DNA from: Gammaproteobacteria bacterium
GTDB lineage: Bacteria > Pseudomonadota > Gammaproteobacteria > Steroidobacterales > JBFFHS01
Assembly (NCBI GenBank): GCA_041556855.1
Contig: JBFFHS010000009.1
Span: 1,891 to 65,890 of the forward strand
Reading direction: 5' to 3'
DNA: 64,000 bases
A model generated the notes under the pieces. The model did no database searches. It was not told the origin of the DNA and was given only the letters and a program-made list of their open reading frames with translations. How positions within the stretch are numbered: the stretch's first letter is position 1; each line of letters opens with the position of its first letter. The position numbers and the translations under genes are program-made. Shown one piece after another: positions 9,899 to 18,684 of this stretch.

Positions 9899-9915
9899 CG
9901 TTCATATATTGAACG
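9899..9915. promoter_or_regulatory. inverted repeat CGTTCA-N5-TGAACG, candidate IclR operator
   Basis: aGCGTTCAtatatTGAACGg lies in the divergent region between the deacetylase (minus) and iclR (plus). A perfect TTGACA hexamer is at 9878-9883 just upstream. Confidence 0.45.
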
Positions 9916-9994
9916 GTTAGCCCGCAGAGGGAGCACCGGCGGGGGTCTAAGACAATACGATAGCCCCGCACACACCGTTGGAAAGGTCGGATTC

Positions 9995-10789
9995 ATGAGC
10001 GCGAAATCCAGCACACAAAGCCGTGGCCAAGAGCCGAAAGTACGCTCTCTGGTTCGCGGGCTGGAGATTCTCAGACTTTTGAATGTGGAGGGCGGGTTGT
10101 CAAACGCCCGGGTTGCCGCCGAGACGGGCCTGAACAGAATCACCGCCTATCGTCTGCTGCAAACCTTGCAAGCCGAGGGTTGTGTCCTGCGGGATGACGC
10201 CAAACGCTATCGGTTAGCGCCAGGTGTCCTGGAGCTTAGTAGCCTCTACCCCCGACAAAACTGGATCCTCAAGGTCGCTGCTCCGATCTTGGAAGACCTG
10301 AGTCGCGAGTTGGGTTGGCCGCTGATTCTGGCCACCAACAATGGCCCCTTCATGGTGATCCAGCATACGACCCGCGACAATGTGGGATTCTGGCTGAAGC
10401 TCCAGGGTCCCGGGTCGCGCCTGCCGTTGCTGGACAGCGCCCTGGGTTTTGCGTTTCTGGCTCGGGCGGCCCAGCCGTTGCGCGGCGATTTGATCAACGC
10501 TGCCCTGAAGGTCGAAGACGGCGCTTCCGTCGAACTGAGGCGCGATCGCAAGAAAGTGTACGATCTGCTCGACAAGGTCCACCGGGATGGCTATGCCACG
10601 CTGCGCGATAGCTGGGAGTCGGAAGCCGTGCCCCTGTCAGCCATCGCGGTCCCCGTGAGCGGGGCCGGGGATACCGTGGCCGCCCTGGGTCTGACCTACT
10701 ATCAGGCAGCGTTGACCAATGGGGAGGCGATTGGCCGGTTTGCCGCTCCCCTGCGCCAGGCTGCGGAGCGTATCGCGCGCGCCTCGTAG
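9995..10789 (+). CDS. IclR-family transcriptional regulator
   Basis: VRSLVRGLEILRLLNVEGGLSNARVAAETGLNRITAYRLLQTL is an IclR wHTH, followed by an effector domain. ATG at 9995 preferred to the ORF-track start at 9878. Confidence 0.85.
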   Translation: MSAKSSTQSRGQEPKVRSLVRGLEILRLLNVEGGLSNARVAAETGLNRITAYRLLQTLQAEGCVLRDDAKRYRLAPGVLELSSLYPRQNWILKVAAPILEDLSRELGWPLILATNNGPFMVIQHTTRDNVGFWLKLQGPGSRLPLLDSALGFAFLARAAQPLRGDLINAALKVEDGASVELRRDRKKVYDLLDKVHRDGYATLRDSWESEAVPLSAIAVPVSGAGDTVAALGLTYYQAALTNGEAIGRFAAPLRQAAERIARAS

Positions 10790-10821
10790 GGCTCGCTAAC
10801 CGGCAGCTGGGGCCAGATTGC

Positions 10822-10836
10822 GTTCGAATAGCGAAC
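10822..10836. promoter_or_regulatory. inverted repeat GTTCG-N5-CGAAC, candidate IclR operator upstream of TonB receptor
   Basis: tGCGTTCGaatagCGAACc lies 33 nt after the iclR stop, with a third GTTCG half-site at 10844-10848. It shares the GCGTTCR-N5-YGAAC form with 9899-9915. Confidence 0.45.
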
Positions 10837-10988
10837 CATTGGGGTTCGCCTAAAGGGGGTACGCTGCGTATATTGCGCAACTGTGCGTGCCATATACGTG
10901 GTTTTCGCAACTTGGGAGAGCCCAGCAGCACTCCGAACAGCGATCGGGTAGCAAACAAGACGGCGCGACACCGTGCCTAGGGGGAATC

Positions 10989-13358
10989 ATGTCTAGATCG
11001 AAGCCGCAAGCGCTATTGGTTACGGCCACTGCCACGGTATTTCTACTGACTTCGGGGATCAGCCTAGAGGGTATTGCCCAGGACTCCGAGGGGGCCTTGG
11101 AAGAAGTCGTTGTCACGGCGCGCAAACGCGAGGAAGCACTGCTCGACGTCCCGCTGGCGATCACAGCGCTGAGTGCCGGTGATATCGAGGCGAAGGGACT
11201 GACCGAGTTCAAAGACGTCATCGACTTCACGCCGGGATTCTTCTTCGCGGAGCATTCGGTTGGTCGCGGCGACCGGTCCAATCGCTTGCTGGTTGTGCGC
11301 GGCATGCGTATCAACACGGAAAACGACCATCAGCAGGCCGCCACCGTGTTCGTGGACGGCGTGCCCATGCTGGGTAGCGTCATCGCGGGTCTTGAAGACG
11401 CGGAGCGGATCGAGGTGATCAGGGGTCCACAAAGCGCCTATTTTGGCCGCTCTACCTTTGCCGGCGCCGTAAATTTCGTGACTAAGACACCGGGAGACGA
11501 ATTTACCGGCAAGGTGACTGCTGAGGCGGGGAATTTCGGCACCTCGAATTTCGGGCTGCAGATAGAAGGGCCCATCAGCGACACCCTGTCTTACCGCTTG
11601 TCTGGTAGTCAGTGGCAGACCAACGGACATTGGGATCTCGGTAATGATCCGACGATCACGTTGGGGGCACGCAAGACGACCAGCTTCGCCGGCACACTAT
11701 TCTTTCAGCCCAACGAACGGTTCACCGCCAAGCTGCGCATTCACAACTGGCGTGACGATGATGGACCATCCGCCGCCTTCGGCTACGGCTTTGGCAACGG
11801 CGAATCCTATTTCAACTGCAACCCGCCGGGATCCATCTTGGCGCCGCGCAACGGGCCCAACAATTACATCTGCGGTGAGGCGCCGTTTCCACAACCTTCT
11901 GAGATTCAGGGCGACTTCGTTCTAACGCCGGAGAAGCAGCAACTGTTGAACGGCGTGGCGGATCCCGGACTCAGCCTGGACGCAGCCTTCATTCCGCCTT
12001 TCCTGGAGGGCTTTGGTCTGGAGCGCCGGGCCGAGCAGGCCAGTCTGATCATGGACTATGAGTTCGAGAACGGCATCATGCTGACCTCCGCCACGGCCTA
12101 TCACTCTAACGAGTGGATGGCTCTGGATGATCTGGACCGACGGCATTACGATCCGCTGCCCTCACAGGTTCAGGACACCGCGCTTCTGAACAGTCGCGAT
12201 CTGGAAGATTTCAGTCAGGAAATCCGGGTCACTTCGCCGCAGGACAGACGCCTGCGTTGGACAGTGGGCGTGAGCTATTTCGACTTTGAAGGTGTGCGCA
12301 CCAGTGGTTTCAAAGTTCTCGGTAGCATCCGCTCGTTCAGCTTCGGCAACGTTTTCGATATCACCACAACGGGGATCTTCGGCGCCGTCGAGTACGACTT
12401 CAACGACCAGTTTACGCTGAGCGTGGAGGCTCGCCGACAGGAGGATGACCTGACCGAAGCCAGAACCACGGGCGCTGAATCCGCGTCGGGCACGTTCACC
12501 AGCACGACTCCGCGGATCATTCTGGATTACAAGCCTAATGCTGACCTCACGCTTTATGCCAGCTACGGTGAAGGGACCCGCCCGGGCGCCTTCAACGTGA
12601 ACCTGCTCGGCCAGCCCCAGAGCGTTCTGGATCAGCTTGCAGAAGTGGGGATCGGCACCGAGGTGCCGGAAGAGGAACTGGAGAACATCGAGTTTGGCAT
12701 AAAGGGCACACTGCTGGACGGGCGCGCCCAATTCAGTGCGGCGGTGTACAGCGCGGACTGGGATGCTCAAAGCGCAACCGCGCGCCAGGTCACTCTTCCA
12801 GATGGATCGACCGATTTTCTCTCGGGCAACGTAATTGGCGGAGTGATCGATCTGTTCGGCTTCGAAGTTGAGGGTGTTTGGGCGGCCACCGACAACCTCA
12901 CTCTGGAGGGCACATTCAGCTACAACGAGGCGGAATTCAAAGTATTCGAGGACTGCGGTGATTGCGCCTTCCTGCTGGGAACGACAGACATCTCAGGTCG
13001 CGGCAATGTGAAGAGCCGCAGCCCCGAGACCCAGGCGTCTCTGTCGGGCACCTATCAGGCGCGGCTCAATGATGTCTACGATTGGTTCACCCGGCTGGAT
13101 TTCATTCACACCGGTAGCCGTTATGCGACGGACGCTAACCTGCTGGAGACCGGCGATGCCAACCGCTTCAACCTGCGCGTAGGAATTGAGAACGAGAATC
13201 TGCGTTTGGAAGCATACGGAGAGAACCTGTTCGAGGACCGGACCTTTACGAACTATCAGCTGTTGCTTGATTTCTCCCAATTCGGTCTCAATCGCGTCAT
13301 TACCGCCGGGTTACCCGATGACCGCACCTTCGGTGTCCGGGCGGTCTACACGTTCTAA
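10989..13358 (+). CDS. TonB-dependent outer-membrane receptor
   Basis: Signal peptide and plug region (EEVVVTARKREEALLDVPLAITALSAGDIEAKG, VIRGPQSAYFGRSTFAGAVNFVTK). Long beta-barrel ending in FGVRAVYTF with terminal aromatic residue. Confidence 0.9.
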   Translation: MSRSKPQALLVTATATVFLLTSGISLEGIAQDSEGALEEVVVTARKREEALLDVPLAITALSAGDIEAKGLTEFKDVIDFTPGFFFAEHSVGRGDRSNRLLVVRGMRINTENDHQQAATVFVDGVPMLGSVIAGLEDAERIEVIRGPQSAYFGRSTFAGAVNFVTKTPGDEFTGKVTAEAGNFGTSNFGLQIEGPISDTLSYRLSGSQWQTNGHWDLGNDPTITLGARKTTSFAGTLFFQPNERFTAKLRIHNWRDDDGPSAAFGYGFGNGESYFNCNPPGSILAPRNGPNNYICGEAPFPQPSEIQGDFVLTPEKQQLLNGVADPGLSLDAAFIPPFLEGFGLERRAEQASLIMDYEFENGIMLTSATAYHSNEWMALDDLDRRHYDPLPSQVQDTALLNSRDLEDFSQEIRVTSPQDRRLRWTVGVSYFDFEGVRTSGFKVLGSIRSFSFGNVFDITTTGIFGAVEYDFNDQFTLSVEARRQEDDLTEARTTGAESASGTFTSTTPRIILDYKPNADLTLYASYGEGTRPGAFNVNLLGQPQSVLDQLAEVGIGTEVPEEELENIEFGIKGTLLDGRAQFSAAVYSADWDAQSATARQVTLPDGSTDFLSGNVIGGVIDLFGFEVEGVWAATDNLTLEGTFSYNEAEFKVFEDCGDCAFLLGTTDISGRGNVKSRSPETQASLSGTYQARLNDVYDWFTRLDFIHTGSRYATDANLLETGDANRFNLRVGIENENLRLEAYGENLFEDRTFTNYQLLLDFSQFGLNRVITAGLPDDRTFGVRAVYTF

Positions 13359-13385
13359 ACGTTCGTAGTTATCGTAAAGCAAGCA

Positions 13386-13423
13386 GCGCCGGGTTCCCGA
13401 TTGGGTTCCCGGCGCTTTTTTTT
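13386..13423 (+). terminator. rho-independent terminator/attenuator after the receptor gene
   Basis: GCGCCGGGTTCCC-GATT-GGGTTCCCGGCGC stem (8 GC pairs, 2x2 T-T internal mismatch, 3 more pairs) followed by T8, 28 nt after the stop. Confidence 0.7.
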
Positions 13424-13465
13424 CAGGACAAGAAACCCGTCATCGGGAGGAAGGGGTCGGTCGAC

Positions 13466-15160
13466 ATGAGCGAGAGGTTTGCGTTACCCGTCATTCTCGG
13501 CTTGTTGGGCTTTACGCTGCTCGGCTGCGCGCCTCGGGATAGCGAGAATGTTGAGCAAATGGGTTTGTTGTCAGGAACGGTTACATCGGATCAACCTTTT
13601 AAGGCGGCTCAAGTCACTGCCCGGCACCTGGACAAGAAAGTCATCTATACGGTGTACACAGCGGATGGTAACTACCGCGCTGTGCACATGTTCCCCGGAC
13701 GCTACGAGGTGCGGGTAGAGAAGTCAGGTTTTGAGACTCCGGCGCAGCAAATCGAGATCGAACCCGGCGGCCGGCATGTTGCTGATTTCAAGCTGCAGGC
13801 CGTGGATCCTGAGTCGCTGGCCCAGGAGCAATATGCGGGCTCCAAATTCATGGTCGATGCGCTGCAGCTTGCGTCCTACGATGAGGTTTATCCACCCGGG
13901 CCGGGCAGAGAGTTGGTCGAGCAGACCTGCATCATCTGCCACGGCGTCAATTATCTGCCCGGCGGCCCTCGCAACGAAGCGGCCTGGGACGCCGCCTTGG
14001 ACATGATGATGAACCAGGGTCAGGCCTATGGGGTTGAAGACGGCGCCTCACTGATTGCGCCTGACGTTATTGATGCCCAGGAGCGGGAGGTGCTGCTGGC
14101 CTATCTGACCGAAAATTTCGGTGACGACGACCCACTGCGCGCCGTGCGTATTGACGGGGAGTTTCCCCTGGACGAGGCAGCCCTGGCCAAGGCCATGTAT
14201 GTGGAATATGAGTTGCCCGACACCGAGGACATGACGAATCGTTGGATCCAGGAACCCCATTTCGACGCCGAGGGTAATGTCTGGTTTACGGAGCGCGGGT
14301 TTCCCAGCGCCATGACACGGCTTGATCCGCGCACGGCCACGTACACGGATTTCATGAATCCTGATCCCGCCGGTTCACCCCACGGCGTGGTGGTGGATCC
14401 GGAGGGTTTCGTCTGGTGGGCGGGGCGCGAAGTCCATCTGGCGCGGCTTGATCCAAGCACCGGAGAGGTTCGCGAATATCCGGTGGAGAAGCCGGGGCTG
14501 CACGGCCACACGCCGGTGCTGGACTCAAAGAGCAATATTTGGTTCTCCATGCTGCCGGGGAACCGGATTGGCAAGTGGGACCGGCAGACGGAAAAGCTCA
14601 CCCTTTACGAAGTACCCACGGCTCGGGCCAGGCCATACGGCATCGTTGTGGCTCCCGACGATCAGGTCTGGTTTGCCGAGTTCCATGTTTGTCGCATTGG
14701 TCGTTTCGACCCGGACACGGAGCGTTTCAGCGAATATTCCGGCCCAACCAAGGCCTGCACCATTCGCCGCTTGGGTATGGACTCCAAGGGGATTGTCTGG
14801 TTCGGCTTGTTCAGCGCCGGCAAGCTGGGTCGGCTGGATCCCAAGACGGGGGAGGTGACGGAGTACGAGATTCCGGCACAGTTCTCAGAACCCTATGACA
14901 CCTGGCCCGACGCCGAGGACAATATCTGGATCAGCGACGGCGGTCAGCGGGGCGCCCTGATCAAGTTCGATCAACAGACCGAGACGTTCACCTTTTATCC
15001 GTCGCGCTTGAGGACGGACATGCCCAAACTCGCCATCACCCGTGACGGAGCCATCTGGTACAGTGCCCGCTGGGCAGCTCGCTCCTCCGACACACCGGCC
15101 ACGGTGGGTGTCCTTTACCCGGATATGGACAAGGTCGAGACGCTGGGAGCCTACTACTGA
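13466..15160 (+). CDS. lipoprotein: CarboxypepD_reg-like domain + mono-heme cytochrome c site + Vgb (streptogramin lyase)-like 7-bladed propeller (paralog A)
   Basis: GGGAGGAAGG RBS and LLGC lipobox. FPGRYEVRVEKSGFE Ig-like segment and CIICHG heme motif. Seven repeats ending like IGRFDPDTERFSEY / LGRLDPKTGEVTEYEIP. Confidence 0.8.
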   Translation: MSERFALPVILGLLGFTLLGCAPRDSENVEQMGLLSGTVTSDQPFKAAQVTARHLDKKVIYTVYTADGNYRAVHMFPGRYEVRVEKSGFETPAQQIEIEPGGRHVADFKLQAVDPESLAQEQYAGSKFMVDALQLASYDEVYPPGPGRELVEQTCIICHGVNYLPGGPRNEAAWDAALDMMMNQGQAYGVEDGASLIAPDVIDAQEREVLLAYLTENFGDDDPLRAVRIDGEFPLDEAALAKAMYVEYELPDTEDMTNRWIQEPHFDAEGNVWFTERGFPSAMTRLDPRTATYTDFMNPDPAGSPHGVVVDPEGFVWWAGREVHLARLDPSTGEVREYPVEKPGLHGHTPVLDSKSNIWFSMLPGNRIGKWDRQTEKLTLYEVPTARARPYGIVVAPDDQVWFAEFHVCRIGRFDPDTERFSEYSGPTKACTIRRLGMDSKGIVWFGLFSAGKLGRLDPKTGEVTEYEIPAQFSEPYDTWPDAEDNIWISDGGQRGALIKFDQQTETFTFYPSRLRTDMPKLAITRDGAIWYSARWAARSSDTPATVGVLYPDMDKVETLGAYY

Positions 15161-15230
15161 GGTGATAACGCGTCTGTCCTGCGGGCTCGTTCGGTCCCGT
15201 CTCAGCCCTCTGGCGTCGAGACTCCCGGAT

Positions 15231-16535
15231 ATGAGGGTTATCGCCTGGTTGCTGGTTCTCTGGAGCCTCGCGGCGTCGCTGCCGAGCAGGGCCGAGGAAA
15301 AATATGCCCGGCCGGCGTCATCCCTGATGCCCGTATCCGCAGTCAAGGACGGTTCCCCGGCCGAGCTCGCATACCGGCTCCGCCGGGGCTTCGGCTTTCC
15401 CAATGCCTATGACGCGGTTGATGAGAATCTCTATTACAACCTCCACTGGGAGGAATTCGTTCCCCACAATGTTGTGCGGCGCGCCGGTCCGGTTCGGCAG
15501 TTGGCCGTGGCCCCTGATGTCAGGGTCGGCCAGGTCATCGCGGAGTCATCGCTGGGCAGGATGTCGCTGGATGAGTTGATCGCTGATCCCAGATCCCGCA
15601 TTCAGGGTTTCATTGTCGTCCACCAGGGCCGGATTGCCTACCAGAGCTACCCCGGTATGCGTGAGGACGATCACCACCTGTGGTACTCCACTGCCAAGTC
15701 GGTGGCCGGGTTGCTGGTGGGGCTGCTGGAGGCGGAAGGCAGAATCGACGTCAACAAGCCCATAGATGTCTATCTGCCAGATTTAGCGGACACCAACTGG
15801 CAAGGTATTCCCATCATCGACATTCTGGACATGGCCAGCGGGCTGGATCTGGCGGAGAACGATCAGACCCGGTTCAATCCCGGGCACTCGGTGGGTCAGT
15901 TTTTCCGGATTGAGCTGGGGGAAATGCGCAGCGTTGACACGCTGACCTCCGATGAAATTCTGTTTGCCGTTAACAGCAAGCGCCCACCGGGTCAGCTGTT
16001 TGAGTACTCGTCTCTCAACACCAGGATGCTCGCCTTGCTGGTCGAACGCGTCTCCGGTGCGCGACTGGCGGATTTCTTCACCGATCGGGTATGGTCCAGG
16101 ATCGGTGCGGAGGGCGATGCCCTGATGGGTGTGAATCCCTGGGGCGGTGCCGCCATTTATAGCTGGCTCTCCACTCGACTTCGGGATAAGGCACGTTACG
16201 GCATGCTTTACACGCCCAGCTGGAAGGCGGTGGCGACCCAGCCGGTGGTGCCACCAACCCTGCTCCGCAGCATTCAGCGTGATTGCCGTTCCCACATCTA
16301 TCAGAGTGGTGTCACGGCGGGTACAGTTGATCTGGTTGAGGAAAAGCGGTGCAACTCGCGGCAATGGGACACCATCTTCGTGGACGGTGATCTCTACAAG
16401 GGCGGGGCGCGGGGGCAGGGTCTGTACGTGTCGCCCGCCCGCGACCTGGTCGTTGCCTGGTTCTCGACAACACGTGAGTCTGGTTGGCTGGCCTACGCAC
16501 GTGCTGTTGCCAAGGCCCTGGTGCCAGATCCCTGA
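15231..16535 (+). CDS. exported serine hydrolase (beta-lactamase/esterase fold)
   Basis: Signal peptide MRVIAWLLVLWSLAASLPSRA. SxxK motif in YSTAKSV and a downstream YSSLN (YxN-like). ATG at 15231 preferred to the ORF-track start at 15042, which overlaps the upstream gene. Confidence 0.8.
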   Translation: MRVIAWLLVLWSLAASLPSRAEEKYARPASSLMPVSAVKDGSPAELAYRLRRGFGFPNAYDAVDENLYYNLHWEEFVPHNVVRRAGPVRQLAVAPDVRVGQVIAESSLGRMSLDELIADPRSRIQGFIVVHQGRIAYQSYPGMREDDHHLWYSTAKSVAGLLVGLLEAEGRIDVNKPIDVYLPDLADTNWQGIPIIDILDMASGLDLAENDQTRFNPGHSVGQFFRIELGEMRSVDTLTSDEILFAVNSKRPPGQLFEYSSLNTRMLALLVERVSGARLADFFTDRVWSRIGAEGDALMGVNPWGGAAIYSWLSTRLRDKARYGMLYTPSWKAVATQPVVPPTLLRSIQRDCRSHIYQSGVTAGTVDLVEEKRCNSRQWDTIFVDGDLYKGGARGQGLYVSPARDLVVAWFSTTRESGWLAYARAVAKALVPDP

Positions 16536-16557
16536 CCGGCCCAGACGGGGGGAAGAC

Positions 16558-18654
16558 ATGATTAATCGATCAGAACAGTTGATCGCCTCGTTCCTTGCTG
16601 GTGGCTTGCTGGCGGGCACACTCTGGGTGGAGAGTGCAGCAGCTGACGGCATAAAGCGCAGCTTGCAGCGCTCCGAGGACATCTACAACTATGCGACCAT
16701 CGCCACGGACGGTCCGGGACGGGGGTTAGACCTCTACTATCACAAGTGCTGGAAGTGTCATAACGATCACGCCGTTGCCGCGGGGTCGCCAGCGACGATC
16801 CTCAACGGCCTGTTCACCAGGCCTGCGTTGTTATCCGGTAAGCCAGTCACGGTAGCCAACGTTGCTGCCAAGATCAGGGATGGTGGACCGTTGATGCCCG
16901 CGTACAAATACGACCTCAGCGATCAGGACGTTGCCGACCTGGTCAGCTACCTGGGCGAGGAGGACTGCTGCTATGTAGGTGAGGAACCGCCCGCCAATCC
17001 CAGGTATCGCGCTCATCCCTCGCGAGTGGCTCGCTTGGACGGTCCCCGCAAGCTGACCAGTGGACCACGGGGGTCCGTACGCCTCGACTCCGGCGATCCT
17101 CTGGAAGGGATCGCCGTGCAGCTGATTGCCGACTCGAATGCCGTACGGACTACGGTCTATTCCGATGCCGAAGGTGCCTTTCATTTTCCGGAGTTGCTGC
17201 CGGGAACCTATACCCTGCGGGTCGCTCGACCCCTCGAATTCAAAGCTTTTCAGCGCAACGATCTGCGGATCGACGGAGCGAACCGGCTGGATCCAATTGT
17301 CCTGCAACGGGTTGAGGCCATCGAGGGTCTGGAATATACGGAGCTGCTACCACCCACGGATTCCATCGCCGCGCAGCTGACGGGCTCGGAGTGGCTGATG
17401 AACTTGCCCGGTACCGGCCAGGAGAAGCGGGTGTTCAGCAACGCCTGTGGTTTTGCCTGCCACTCCTATCAGCAGATCTTCCGCAATCGTTACGATGAGC
17501 AGGGCTGGCGACAGATCGTACAGCGAATGACGCGCTATGCGGGGTCCCCGCTTATCGTTCCATTTGCCCAGGGTGAACGGCGGGCAGGAGGCAGTCGCCG
17601 CCTGATCACCTATCGGGAAGAAGCCGAGGACATCATCATAGGCTGGCTGGCCAGAGTGCGCGGCCCTGATGCGGTCGACGCGCCCTTCAAGACCTTACCT
17701 GGACCGCGCGGCCGCGCCACCCGTGTCGTCATTACCGAATATGAGATGCCCAGCTTGCTGCTGGCGCTGCACGATGTAGACGGGGATTCGCAGGGTAATG
17801 TCTGGTACACGTCCCACCGGACGCCCTACATCGGCAAGCTGGAACCCCGAACAGGTGTGGTCACGGAATACCGCGTCCCGAGCACCCCGGGTGCCCTGTC
17901 CGGAACCCACACTGTATGGGTCGATGACGATGACATTGTGTGGCTGTCTGAGGGGTGGACCCACAAGCTCACAAAATTCGATCCCAGCACGGAAAAGTTC
18001 ACTCAATATCCCCTGGCCGTCCCGGGGCGCCCCAAGAACTATCCGGGATTTGGTAATTTCGGCCTGGCTCCAGATGGATTCGTCTGGTACGTCATGGGTG
18101 CTGCGGTCACCAAGATCGACCCCGCATCGGGCAAGTTTCTGGAGCGCTATCCCTTTGAAATCATGCGCTTTACCTACGACAATCTGATCAGCAAAGACGG
18201 TACCTACTGGGTCGGCGGCCAGTGGCCCGGCAACCTCATTGGCGTGCTCAACATCAAGACCGGCGAGTTGCGGGAGTTTGAGACCCGCTCCAAGCTTTCA
18301 AGCCCTGCCAAAGGCGCTTTCGGTTGGGACGGCAAAGCCTGGTTCGGTGGCCGTGGTGGGCAACTCATTGAAATCGACCCGCAGACCGGCCGATCCCAGG
18401 AATACTTTCCGCCCACGCCGTACGTGACTTTCTATGAGGCCATGCCTGATAAGAACGGCGAGATTTGGGCAGCAGAGCAACACGGCGGCCATTTCGCGAG
18501 ATTCAACCCGGCAACGGAGCAGTGGGTGCAATATATGCTGCCAGAGCCTTTCGGGCACAACCGCCGCACCTGGGTGGACCACTCTACAAATCCCGTCACG
18601 GTCTGGTATGCCGACCATAACGGCTACATGGTGCGCGTTGAGCCGCTCGATTAG
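16558..18654 (+). CDS. exported di-heme protein: class-I cytochrome c + CarboxypepD_reg-like + second CxxCH + Vgb-like 7-bladed propeller (paralog B)
   Basis: ATG at 16558 after a GGGGGGAAG RBS; the ORF-track start at 16147 overlaps the hydrolase. Signal peptide, CWKCHN ... PLMPAY, LPGTYTLRVARPLEF and CGFACHS. Seven repeats such as IGKLEPRTGVVTEYRVP. Confidence 0.8.
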   Translation: MINRSEQLIASFLAGGLLAGTLWVESAAADGIKRSLQRSEDIYNYATIATDGPGRGLDLYYHKCWKCHNDHAVAAGSPATILNGLFTRPALLSGKPVTVANVAAKIRDGGPLMPAYKYDLSDQDVADLVSYLGEEDCCYVGEEPPANPRYRAHPSRVARLDGPRKLTSGPRGSVRLDSGDPLEGIAVQLIADSNAVRTTVYSDAEGAFHFPELLPGTYTLRVARPLEFKAFQRNDLRIDGANRLDPIVLQRVEAIEGLEYTELLPPTDSIAAQLTGSEWLMNLPGTGQEKRVFSNACGFACHSYQQIFRNRYDEQGWRQIVQRMTRYAGSPLIVPFAQGERRAGGSRRLITYREEAEDIIIGWLARVRGPDAVDAPFKTLPGPRGRATRVVITEYEMPSLLLALHDVDGDSQGNVWYTSHRTPYIGKLEPRTGVVTEYRVPSTPGALSGTHTVWVDDDDIVWLSEGWTHKLTKFDPSTEKFTQYPLAVPGRPKNYPGFGNFGLAPDGFVWYVMGAAVTKIDPASGKFLERYPFEIMRFTYDNLISKDGTYWVGGQWPGNLIGVLNIKTGELREFETRSKLSSPAKGAFGWDGKAWFGGRGGQLIEIDPQTGRSQEYFPPTPYVTFYEAMPDKNGEIWAAEQHGGHFARFNPATEQWVQYMLPEPFGHNRRTWVDHSTNPVTVWYADHNGYMVRVEPLD

Positions 18655-18684
18655 GGTATGGGTGACGAGACATGAGAGAGACTA

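Noticed and set aside
9878-9910. Sigma-70-like promoter for iclR: perfect TTGACA at 9878-9883 with TATATT at 9905-9910
   Set aside because: The spacing to the best -10-like hexamers is 19-21 nt rather than 16-18. I therefore do not annotate a promoter and only note the hexamer next to the inverted repeat.
16147-16557. ORF-track N-terminal extension of paralog B (and analogous upstream extensions at 4378, 6655, 9878, 10887, 15042, 32399, 36645, 44217, 52807, 55062 and 57681)
   Set aside because: The extensions overlap the preceding gene or lack signal/domain logic. Internal ATGs give proper RBS, signal peptides or family-typical N-termini, so the shorter starts were used.
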